Source: Dehalococcoidales bacterium
GTDB lineage: Bacteria > Chloroflexota > Dehalococcoidia > Dehalococcoidales > Fen-1064
Direction: 5' to 3'
NCBI GenBank assembly: GCA_030654965.1
Contig: JAURWL010000051.1
Coordinates: forward strand, 6,737 to 70,736
DNA: 64,000 nucleotides
The notes beneath the pieces are model-generated. The model did no database searches. It saw only the letters and a program-made list of their open reading frames with translations, and was not told the origin of the DNA. The position numbers and the translations under genes were made by a program. Below, piece after piece: positions 41,346 through 48,896 of this stretch (positions are counted from its first letter, which is position 1; each line of letters starts with the position of its first letter).

Positions 41346-43121
41346 TTAACCGGAGACGACTCTATCTCTGCCTTCCTGCTTAGCTTTGTACAAAGCAGTA
41401 TCCGCCACACGCAGGAGTTCTTCCATCCTAGTACCATTAGCTGGATACGCGGCGACTCCCATAGACACGGTAATGGCGCCAAGTATCTGTCCTTGAAAAA
41501 CTATCTCCATCTTTTTTACTTCTTCCCTCAGGGTATCCGCACGCTTCACTGTATCTTCCCGCGATGATTCGGGGAGAATAACTAGGAATTCCTCTCCTCC
41601 GTACCTGCAGGCAATATCCGACCCTCTGAATTTGTCTTTCAATAGTTTGCCCATTTGACTGATAATCTTATCGCCTGCCGCATGCCCGTAGACGTCATTG
41701 AACTTCTTGAAGTGGTCGAGGTCAGCCATGATGATGCCAATCTGCGCCTGCTTCCTCGCGGCTCGTAAGATTTCACGCTGTAGTGATTCTTCCATAAAGC
41801 GCCTGTTATACAACCCGCTCTGGGGGTCTTGAATAGATTGCATTGAAAGGTTTTCACTCAGCTTTACATTGGCAAGCGAGAGCGATAGGTACTCAGACAG
41901 AGTAACTGCCATTTCTTTCAAGTCTACTATCGCCTGGTCTTGTCCCGATTCTTTGATATTGAAGTCATTCATTAGATGAAGCAATCCCAGAATGTCACCT
42001 TTTGCCATCAGTGGCAGGCACACGTAAGATGATGTCGGTGTGTGCTTCAGGTGCGGGCAGATGGGTTCTATGTTTACATCGTCAACCACATGAGCTCGTC
42101 CGCGTCTTAATCCCCAGCAAGCGTCCGGAGTAAAAATATTGTCGTCTGGATTTGTCGGAAAACCTCCCCATGTGACGATAGATTCGAGGTCCGACCGGGA
42201 ATTACTTAAGAGGAACAAGGCACCTTGTGATGCAGGGAATAATTTTTTCATATAACCCATGATTATAGGAGCAGTTTCTGCCATCTTTGAGCATGCCTGA
42301 AGCATGTCTCTCATTTCCGCCAAGATGACACTCTGCCGGCGCTGACCCTCAAGTTGCTTGACCATTCCGGTTAATTTTTCATTCGCATGGCGCGTTTCTT
42401 CCTGCATCCGTTTACTTTCGGTAATATCCATGAAGTTGCCCAGGGTGGCTCGTTTCCCCTGAGTCCGATATGAAATAACCGTCTCCAATATCCATTTGAT
42501 CTGGCCGGACTTGGTCACTACCCGGTATTCATACGGTTGGCACACCCCGCTTTTCAGTCCATTGACGGCGCTATTTCTAACCAGCTCACGGTCTTCCGGG
42601 TGAATGTAACCCAATGACTTCGTGCTCAATAGTTCATTCATGTTGTAGCCAATTATTCTCTCAAATTGGCGATTAATATATTGGAATATCCCGTCCTGTA
42701 CAATGTAAATACCTATCGGGGAACTCTGCGTTATTGCATCAAATAGCTCTTTTGTTTGCTCCCGTTCAGCCGTATTACGCACGAAAATCACGAAAGCGAT
42801 GACACTACCGGATTCGTCTTTAAGCGGCGAGACTGTAAGCGAGACGTGCACACGGCTGTCGTCTTTTCTCTTGTGGACGGTATCGTAACAAGCGCTCGGC
42901 TCTCCCTGCCTGATTTTTTTAAATACTTCTAATGTATTATCCTTAACATCGAAAGGCACCAGGAAAGAGTGCTCTCTTCCTACAACATCTTCGGCCGAAT
43001 AACCGTAAAGGTCGTGGGCTCCTTTATTCCAATCGGCAATGACGCCATCCACGGTCTCCAAAATGACACCGTTTTCCCACGATTCAAAAACCTGGCTTAA
43101 CTGTTTGATCTCTTTTTCCAT
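41346..43121 (-). CDS. PAS-PAS-GAF-GGDEF diguanylate cyclase
   Basis: Two PAS-like segments, a GAF-like middle region, and a C-terminal GGDEF domain with an intact RYGGEEF active site and DHFKKFND. Confidence 0.9.
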   Translation of the reverse strand: MEKEIKQLSQVFESWENGVILETVDGVIADWNKGAHDLYGYSAEDVVGREHSFLVPFDVKDNTLEVFKKIRQGEPSACYDTVHKRKDDSRVHVSLTVSPLKDESGSVIAFVIFVRNTAEREQTKELFDAITQSSPIGIYIVQDGIFQYINRQFERIIGYNMNELLSTKSLGYIHPEDRELVRNSAVNGLKSGVCQPYEYRVVTKSGQIKWILETVISYRTQGKRATLGNFMDITESKRMQEETRHANEKLTGMVKQLEGQRRQSVILAEMRDMLQACSKMAETAPIIMGYMKKLFPASQGALFLLSNSRSDLESIVTWGGFPTNPDDNIFTPDACWGLRRGRAHVVDDVNIEPICPHLKHTPTSSYVCLPLMAKGDILGLLHLMNDFNIKESGQDQAIVDLKEMAVTLSEYLSLSLANVKLSENLSMQSIQDPQSGLYNRRFMEESLQREILRAARKQAQIGIIMADLDHFKKFNDVYGHAAGDKIISQMGKLLKDKFRGSDIACRYGGEEFLVILPESSREDTVKRADTLREEVKKMEIVFQGQILGAITVSMGVAAYPANGTRMEELLRVADTALYKAKQEGRDRVVSG

Positions 43122-43147
43122 GTTCTGTCCCCAAGCACTTTGTCTCT

Positions 43148-43363
43148 TCAGGTTTTACTTATTCTCTCGATATGATTCACATGGGCTTTCAATCGCTGTA
43201 CATCATCCTCGGTAAAGAGCCTCCAGCCGTTTCTATCTCTATGCTCTACATCAGTGAATTTTTTTTGTCTCACCCACCGTAGAAAAGTGTGTCGATTGGT
43301 ACCGGCGAGCTTACAGGCTTCCCGCGTGTTATAAAAAGTTCGGTCATCAAGATTCAAAGGCAT
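43148..43363 (-). CDS. Small MerR-N-terminal/excisionase-type HTH protein (paralog B)
   Basis: FYNTREACKLAGTNRHTFLRWVRQKKF..HRDRNGWRLFTEDDVQRL. It lies 26 nt upstream of the cyclase gene. Confidence 0.7.
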   Translation of the reverse strand: MPLNLDDRTFYNTREACKLAGTNRHTFLRWVRQKKFTDVEHRDRNGWRLFTEDDVQRLKAHVNHIERISKT

Positions 43364-43630
43364 TCCAAAAACTCCGCCATTTATTATCCATATGTAACCA
43401 TAGTTGAGTATAGTTCACATCGCAGTATGTACCAATCACCAGAACGTACCGATTTATTCAGAAAATAGTACTAGTGCTTAATCGGGTAAGAAATACAACG
43501 TCTATCCAAAGCTAAAATGAAGCAACCAAATCGCGTTAGTATCTGAATACAAACCAGCCTCACCTAGTACTCAGAATGGCGATGCCGCTCAAAAAAGGGG
43601 GTTCCGGATGTTTACACGAACCAGGGGGTA

Positions 43631-43659
43631 TTGACAATTCCATCCGGGCATTATATTAT
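43631..43659 (+). promoter_or_regulatory. Near-consensus sigma70 promoter with no adjacent ORF
   Basis: TTGACA (43631-43636), a 17-nt spacer, then TATTAT (43654-43659). Confidence 0.55.
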
Positions 43660-43666
43660 ATGTTCT

Positions 43667-43780
43667 CTGTATGAGAACTCCTTATGAGAAAGGGATGCCT
43701 ATCGTAGTAGAGTCGTAGAGCACTGGTTGTTAACCCGAAAACCTGAAGAGGTGGTGTAAAGTGCTCCACCTTTTCTTTTT
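43667..43780 (+). ncRNA. Candidate ~115-nt small RNA or regulatory leader bounded by promoter and intrinsic terminator; family unknown
   Basis: It starts ~7 nt after the -10. It ends with a 10-bp stem (43745-43754 / 43766-43775, including one G-U), an 11-nt loop and a U-run (43776-43780). An alternative 7-bp pairing, gagcact (43719-43725) with agtgctc (43760-43766), competes with the terminator. Confidence 0.35.
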
Positions 43781-43834
43781 GTTGGGGGCGTAGTAAATTT
43801 GTAACCAAAATGTTACATGTTTGTAACGTTATCA

Positions 43835-43863
43835 TTACCAGAGGCAGGAATTGTTAATATTAT
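43835..43863 (+). promoter_or_regulatory. Second promoter candidate upstream of the zinc-ribbon gene, overlapped by phased GTAAC/GTTAC palindromes (43801-43838)
   Basis: TTACCA (43835-43840), a 17-nt spacer, then TATTAT (43858-43863). Pentamers GTAAC, GTTAC, GTAAC and ATTAC start at 43801, 43812, 43823 and 43834. Confidence 0.4.
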
Positions 43864-44022
43864 CGTAACCATAAGGGTTTATAGTTGTATCTCGTAAATC
43901 GGAGACCATTCGAGAATTTATTGTTAAGCTGAAAAGGTCGTAAGCGGGTGGCGATAACCAACCCGCAAGTAACAAGGGAAGAGCTTCAGGAGAAGCTCTC
44001 GGCTCCCCGGGAGGTGGTTAAT

Positions 44023-44235
44023 ATGGCGGTCTGGAAGTTGAAGAGTTGCCCTCGCTGCAATGGCGACCTCTTCATTCAGCGTGAAATTGACGGCTGGTAT
44101 GAAGAGTGTTTGCTGTGCGGCTATCAGCGCGATGTGTCCAACATTGTTGCGGCAGACACTGATGGTCAAATCAAAATCAAGGGTCAACTGGCAGATAAGA
44201 GACTGTATACCAACGTTCGCTCTAACGCGAACTGA
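44023..44235 (+). CDS. Small zinc-ribbon protein (70 aa; alternative GTG start at 43948 gives 95 aa)
   Basis: CPRC-(18)-CLLC four-Cys ribbon. The ATG at 44023 is preceded by GGAGGTGG at ideal spacing. Confidence 0.6.
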   Translation: MAVWKLKSCPRCNGDLFIQREIDGWYEECLLCGYQRDVSNIVAADTDGQIKIKGQLADKRLYTNVRSNAN

Positions 44236-44290
44236 TACCACGGTTCATCGAATCACGCTTACAAAGCTTAGACGCCGTGGATAATTCGGA

Positions 44291-44324
44291 AACCCCTCGC
44301 AAACATCGGGGGGTTTTCTGTTTC
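44291..44324 (+). terminator. Intrinsic terminator after the zinc-ribbon gene
   Basis: Stem cccctcg (44293-44299) / cgggggg (44307-44313), loop caaacat, followed by ttttctgttt. Confidence 0.7.
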
Positions 44325-44487
44325 TAGGAACTTTGCCTAACGGCAATTGCGAATTAGCACATACCTGTTATATCCGCGAAGCAAATTCTTGCCTGAAATT
44401 CGAAATCCGAAGCCTCGTCCCAGCAAAAGCAGGGAACGAAATCCTAAATTAGAGTTTAGTGTTTTGAGTTTCGGGTTTACCTATATG

Positions 44488-44496
44488 TGTTATAAT
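44488..44496 (+). promoter_or_regulatory. Extended -10 element TGTTATAAT located 8 nt upstream of the folK start
   Basis: tgt tataat at 44488-44496. The GTG start is at 44505 and no Shine-Dalgarno lies in between. Confidence 0.45.
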
Positions 44497-44504
44497 CCCA
44501 AATT

Positions 44505-45377
44505 GTGAAGCCGGTAATAGTCTATCTGGGGCTGGGGTCAAATCTGGGAGACAGGGAAGCAAATCTCCGCCGGGCGCTGGAATTGCTGTCGGCGAATGTA
44601 AAAGTGGCAAAGGTATCACCCACCTATGACACCGCACCCATCGGGAATACCGACCAGCCGCGCTTCCTCAATCTCGTGTGTGAGGCAAAAACCCCACTCT
44701 CCCCACCCCACCTCCTCAGCTTTGTCAAGGACATCGAAACAAAGATGGGACGAGTAAACGGTCCACGGAATAGCCCTCGCCCCATCGATATTGATATACT
44801 GTTCTACGGCGACCTTGTGCTGGAAACGCCGGCGCTGGTCATCCCGCATCCCCATCTGACGGAAAGGGCGTTTGTGCTGGCGCCGCTGGCGGATATCGCC
44901 CCTTACTTAACGCATCCGGTCAGCGGCAAGACAGTGAGCCGGTTGCTGAAGGAACTCAAGAGAACGGCAGGAGACGCCATCCGGCGACGTGAATCAGGAG
45001 GAGCTATGTACGAAATATCAGTCGAAAAAGACTTTGACGCCGCCCATTTTTTACGAGGTTATCAGGGCAAGTGTGAAGCGCTCCACGGGCACCGGTTCAA
45101 GGTAGCGGCAACTGTGCGGACGGATAAGCTGAACGACATCGGGCTGGGGTATGATTTCACGGAGTTGAAGCAGAAACTGGACGAGGTGCTGGCGCGGTTC
45201 GACCACACGTGCCTGAATGACATCGCGCCCTTTAAGGGTATCAACCCTTCATCAGAGAACATCGCCACAACGATTTACAAGGAACTGAAGCGGAAGCTCA
45301 AGGGCGCGCCGGTCGTTATTACCACCATCGAGGTATGGGAATCGCCGCAGAGCCGGGTTACTTACCGACCGGACTAG
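44505..45377 (+). CDS. folK: Fusion protein: HPPK (FolK) N-terminal domain plus 6-pyruvoyl-tetrahydropterin synthase/QueD-family C-terminal domain
   Basis: The N-terminal domain has LGLGSNLGD, RPIDIDILFY and IPHPHLTERAFVL. The C-terminal domain starts at M168 (ATG 45006, preceded by AGGAGGAG) and has AAHFL and the CEALHGH (Cx3HGH) motif. No stop codon separates the two domains. Confidence 0.85.
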   Translation: MKPVIVYLGLGSNLGDREANLRRALELLSANVKVAKVSPTYDTAPIGNTDQPRFLNLVCEAKTPLSPPHLLSFVKDIETKMGRVNGPRNSPRPIDIDILFYGDLVLETPALVIPHPHLTERAFVLAPLADIAPYLTHPVSGKTVSRLLKELKRTAGDAIRRRESGGAMYEISVEKDFDAAHFLRGYQGKCEALHGHRFKVAATVRTDKLNDIGLGYDFTELKQKLDEVLARFDHTCLNDIAPFKGINPSSENIATTIYKELKRKLKGAPVVITTIEVWESPQSRVTYRPD

Positions 45378-45555
45378 CGGGCTTATCCTGTGGCAGGAGA
45401 TTGGGGATAGTTTCCTCGATGGGATAGCGGACATCGCACTTGCCGCAGTAGAGCGAACCGCTCACGATTTCCTTTTCATTTTCCTGGGTTACCGTGAGGG
45501 TGAGCTTGCCCTTGCAAACCGGGCAGACCAGGATATCCATCAACTCTTTTTTCAT
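45358..45555 (-). CDS. Trm112-family small zinc-ribbon protein (UPF0434/YcaR-like)
   Basis: LVCPVCKGKL ... LYCGKCDVRYPIEETIPNLL. Confidence 0.8.
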   Translation of the reverse strand: MKKELMDILVCPVCKGKLTLTVTQENEKEIVSGSLYCGKCDVRYPIEETIPNLLPQDKPASPVGK

Positions 45556-45676
45556 ACTGATAATGAGTATAGCATAGAGAAAACTCTAATACCTAATATC
45601 TAAATCCTAATGAAAGTGGTGTCCATAACGACATTACTTGTGCTATTATACTGAACAAAGATGGGGGAAATAGTAA

Positions 45677-46204
45677 ATGAAAGAAATCTATTGCGACCCT
45701 ATAATAATCAAAGGAAAACTAACCCGTCATGAAATAGTACAGACGGTTGTTAATGTTTTCATCCAAACTGAATATGAGAACCGAGGGAAAGGTGTACGCT
45801 TCAACTATCCCGTCGAGCGGTTTACTGACGGGTCGTCTTTATTCATCTTTCGTCCGGCAGGATTGCGGAAATGGAATTTTGATTTCAAAGTGAACGTAAC
45901 GCCCGAAATGGGACTTGGGAAAGGAACTCACGCTGAAATCGCCCAGGATTTCACAAACAAAAAGAAGGAGAATGAAAGAAGTTTTGTGGAGCTAATAAAA
46001 GCTATGGAAGAAATGTGCACCGGCTCGGAAGCTGACGTTAGTGAAATCCTGAAGAAACATCCGAGCCTGCAGACATCATTTCAAACAGGGTCCAATGTTG
46101 AAGTTCCATTAAAGGTACTGAAATGGATGTTCATAATGGAGGACATCGTTTATTGGAATTACGATGGTAGAATGAAGCTATACAACTACTTGAAAGAAGT
46201 ATAA
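45677..46204 (+). CDS. Hypothetical 175-aa protein; candidate type II restriction endonuclease partner of the adjacent methyltransferase
   Basis: It ends 5 nt before the methyltransferase gene, in the same AT-rich islet. A possible PD-(D/E)XK-like arrangement is D51 ... D69-F-K71. No family was recognised. Confidence 0.45.
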   Translation: MKEIYCDPIIIKGKLTRHEIVQTVVNVFIQTEYENRGKGVRFNYPVERFTDGSSLFIFRPAGLRKWNFDFKVNVTPEMGLGKGTHAEIAQDFTNKKKENERSFVELIKAMEEMCTGSEADVSEILKKHPSLQTSFQTGSNVEVPLKVLKWMFIMEDIVYWNYDGRMKLYNYLKEV

Positions 46205-46209
46205 GAAAT

Positions 46210-47058
46210 ATGGGAATTGAAGGGTTTCTAGATAAAGTTTTCCCGAAAGATATCATCGGCCTTCTCAAGGAACTACCTGATGGAAGCGTCGATATGGTCT
46301 ATGGTGACCCTGACTATAATGTTGGGGTGAAGTACGGCGAGAAATCCTACACCAAGACTTTTGATGATTATATTGATTGGTATGTAGAACTGGCAAAGCA
46401 GTCACTGAGAGTCTTGAAAGATACCGGGAATATGTTCCTGATAAATTATCCCAAGCAGAACGCCTATTTGCGAGTGAAATACCTGGACAAAGCCTGTTAC
46501 GAGGTTTCCGACTACGTCTGGGTATATAACACAAATGTCGGGCATACTCCCAAGCGCTTTACTACTGCACATCGCAGCATTTTACATTGCCGCAAAACAG
46601 CAGACAACAACTTTTATAAGGATAATGTTGCTGTCCCCTACCTGAATCCGGGTGATAGACGCATATTGAGAAATATAGAGAATGGTTCTAAGGGAAGAAT
46701 GCCTTACGATTGGCTTTATTTCAATCTGGTTAAAAACGTGAGCAAGGAAAAGACCTTTCACGCCTGTCAGATTCCCCAACAACTGTCTGAAGTACTGATT
46801 AAAAGTTGCACGATGCCGGGTGATACTGTTCTGATTCTCTTCGGCGGTAGCGGTTCCGAAATTGAAGTATGTAAAATCCTGAATAGGCACTTCATTTCCG
46901 CTGAAATTGATGAAAAATACTACAATATGATTCAAGACAGACTGAATAAGGGCAAGATAGAAGAAAAATATCGACTAAGACTGAACCGCTATGAGAAAAG
47001 AAATGCCGAAGCCCAACTGGTACTCATGGAGGAAAAAGAAAAATATCTAACGGAATGA
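46210..47058 (+). CDS. Beta-class N6-adenine/N4-cytosine DNA methyltransferase (N6_N4_Mtase family)
   Basis: The catalytic motif DPDY (VYGDPDYN) precedes the AdoMet motif FGGSGS near the C-terminus. This order is typical of beta-class enzymes. Confidence 0.9.
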   Translation: MGIEGFLDKVFPKDIIGLLKELPDGSVDMVYGDPDYNVGVKYGEKSYTKTFDDYIDWYVELAKQSLRVLKDTGNMFLINYPKQNAYLRVKYLDKACYEVSDYVWVYNTNVGHTPKRFTTAHRSILHCRKTADNNFYKDNVAVPYLNPGDRRILRNIENGSKGRMPYDWLYFNLVKNVSKEKTFHACQIPQQLSEVLIKSCTMPGDTVLILFGGSGSEIEVCKILNRHFISAEIDEKYYNMIQDRLNKGKIEEKYRLRLNRYEKRNAEAQLVLMEEKEKYLTE

Positions 47059-47083
47059 ATTAAAGTTTCCCTCCCCCCAACCC

Positions 47084-47092
47084 TGTTACAAT
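47084..47092 (+). promoter_or_regulatory. Extended -10 element TGTTACAAT located 9 nt upstream of the ATG at 47102
   Basis: tgt tacaat at 47084-47092. There is no Shine-Dalgarno before the ATG. Confidence 0.45.
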
Positions 47093-47101
47093 ATAACTAC
47101 C

Positions 47102-48202
47102 ATGCCAGATAATTCTTTTCTCTTCCCCGCCAATTGTCGGACTACCGCCATGGGCATTATGCCGCATACTAATGTTACGCAAGCCCTGAAACTGGCGCTC
47201 AGTCTGGATATTCCCTTCTGGCCGCAACTGCCCAATACCAGCTTCTATGAAGATATGTACGTGCAGGCATCGGAGGGATTTCCCGGCATCACGGTCGACC
47301 TTGAAAACAAAAAACTGCACTTCGACCGCGCGAAATTCGATGAAGGTCTCGGCGATTATTCCACACGGATGTCAGACCTGCGCAACTTCGAATTGAGCCG
47401 CGACTACTCCGTAGTTTTCCACCGATTTCTGCAAGAAGACCTGACGCGTTACACCGCCATCCGGGGTCAGTGTATCGGTCCCGTGAGCTTCGGCTTCCGC
47501 GTCACGGATGCCGACAACAAACCAATTATTTATGATGACAGTGTCCGGTCGCTGATGTTCGATTTTCTGCAGAGGAAGATAAATGTACAGCGCCGGCAGA
47601 TGCGGGAGAAAAATGCCAACGCCTTTGTCTGGCTGGATGAGCCGGGGCTGGGATGGGTGTTCAGTGGCCTATCCGGTTACAGCGATGTCCAGGCAAAGCG
47701 GGAATACAAAGATTTCATGGACGGGCTGGAGGGGATTAAAGCGCTCCACCTCTGCGCCAATGTCAACCTGCCCTATCTGCTCGGCATGGGCATCGACCTG
47801 CTCTCTTTTGACGCCTATCAAATCGAGATTATGCCGAGAGGCTACGCAGACGCCGTCGCCGGTTTTATCAGAAAGGGTGGCATAATTAGCTGGGGGATTA
47901 TCCCCACTGATTCCGTCAGTCTCGGCAGAGAAACACCTGAAACCCTGTTCCGGTTGCTCACCGGTTACTGGGAAGTGGTTTCACAGAACGCGGGGCTTGC
48001 TATGAAAGAGATCGCCGGGCAAGCCCTTATCGCGCCGGCGCGGTGCTGTCTCAAGAATATCGGGAAGGTGGGCGCCCGGGACGATTCTTCGACCGGTAAG
48101 ATTTCCGGTAACGGCGCCACAAGTGAAGAGCGGGTTGTGGAGAAGGCATTCGGCTATTTGAAAGAACTATCCGGACTTCTGAGAGATAAATATGGCTTGT
48201 AG
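47102..48202 (+). CDS. MetE-C-terminal/UroD-superfamily TIM-barrel protein (putative Zn-dependent methyltransferase)
   Basis: The overall pattern and the HLC (HxC) motif in ALHLCAN resemble the Zn site of cobalamin-independent methionine synthase and MtaA-type enzymes. The assignment is tentative. Confidence 0.55.
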   Translation: MPDNSFLFPANCRTTAMGIMPHTNVTQALKLALSLDIPFWPQLPNTSFYEDMYVQASEGFPGITVDLENKKLHFDRAKFDEGLGDYSTRMSDLRNFELSRDYSVVFHRFLQEDLTRYTAIRGQCIGPVSFGFRVTDADNKPIIYDDSVRSLMFDFLQRKINVQRRQMREKNANAFVWLDEPGLGWVFSGLSGYSDVQAKREYKDFMDGLEGIKALHLCANVNLPYLLGMGIDLLSFDAYQIEIMPRGYADAVAGFIRKGGIISWGIIPTDSVSLGRETPETLFRLLTGYWEVVSQNAGLAMKEIAGQALIAPARCCLKNIGKVGARDDSSTGKISGNGATSEERVVEKAFGYLKELSGLLRDKYGL

Positions 48203-48265
48203 AAACGGAGCAGACCCCCCTCAACCTTATGAGAGAGGTCTGGCGTCTCTGGTATCCGCTTCATG

Positions 48266-48484
48266 TTACCGCTTCATCGTGTTCCTGATGATGTAGGTGA
48301 AGTAAGCCGACCAGGCAACTGTGACCAGTGCGCTTGCGACCACAAAGACGATAATTGTCGCCTTCAACAGCTCCGACCATTCACCTGCCGGCACCATACC
48401 GGTCAACCACTTTGCCACGACGATGCAGAGTACCGTCAAGCCCGCGGTCACCAGAACAGGGATGAAGATGCGCAGGAATTTCAT
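48266..48484 (-). CDS. Small two-TM membrane protein (72 aa)
   Basis: Two hydrophobic helices. RBS GGAGGGAG upstream. It is the last gene of the small-protein operon. Confidence 0.6.
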   Translation of the reverse strand: MKFLRIFIPVLVTAGLTVLCIVVAKWLTGMVPAGEWSELLKATIIVFVVASALVTVAWSAYFTYIIRNTMKR

Positions 48485-48544
48485 GTATCACTCCCTCCTT
48501 CTGAGAGCTTTATTATCCCCTTCGGGATTATCGCCGTTCCTTTA

Positions 48545-48697
48545 CTATTTAGTGGTTACCTTTTCCGTAACTTTGCGGGCCCGGGCTTCCCTTACCGCCT
48601 GGAACACCCCACCGATGTTCAGATACCAGACGAACGCTGCGGGGAAGAGTATTACCGGGATGGCGATTGCCAGTGCGATTATTACCTGTCCTTCCAT
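48545..48697 (-). CDS. 50-aa single-TM protein, copy A of a tandem duplicate (absent from the ORF track because it is shorter than 60 aa)
   Basis: Hand translation: MEGQVIIALAIAIPVILFPAAFVWYLNIGGVFQAVREARARKVTEKVTTK. RBS AGGAGGAC lies 4 nt upstream of the ATG. Confidence 0.6.
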   Translation of the reverse strand: MEGQVIIALAIAIPVILFPAAFVWYLNIGGVFQAVREARARKVTEKVTTK

Positions 48698-48743
48698 CGT
48701 AGTCCTCCTTCTATTATTACCTTTCGGTTACTTTGCCTCTTTG

Positions 48744-48896
48744 TTATTTGGTGGTCGCTTTTTCCGCAACTTTGCGGGTCCGGGCTTCCCTCACTGCCTG
48801 GAACACCCCACCGATGTTCAGATACCAGACGAACGCTGCGGGGAAGAGTATTACCGGGATGGCGATTGCCAGTGCGATTATTACCTGTCCTTCCAT
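48744..48896 (-). CDS. 50-aa single-TM protein, copy B of the tandem duplicate
   Basis: Hand translation: MEGQVIIALAIAIPVILFPAAFVWYLNIGGVFQAVREARTRKVAEKATTK. It has the same RBS as copy A. Over 100 nt are identical to copy A, with a 199-bp period. Confidence 0.6.
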   Translation of the reverse strand: MEGQVIIALAIAIPVILFPAAFVWYLNIGGVFQAVREARTRKVAEKATTK

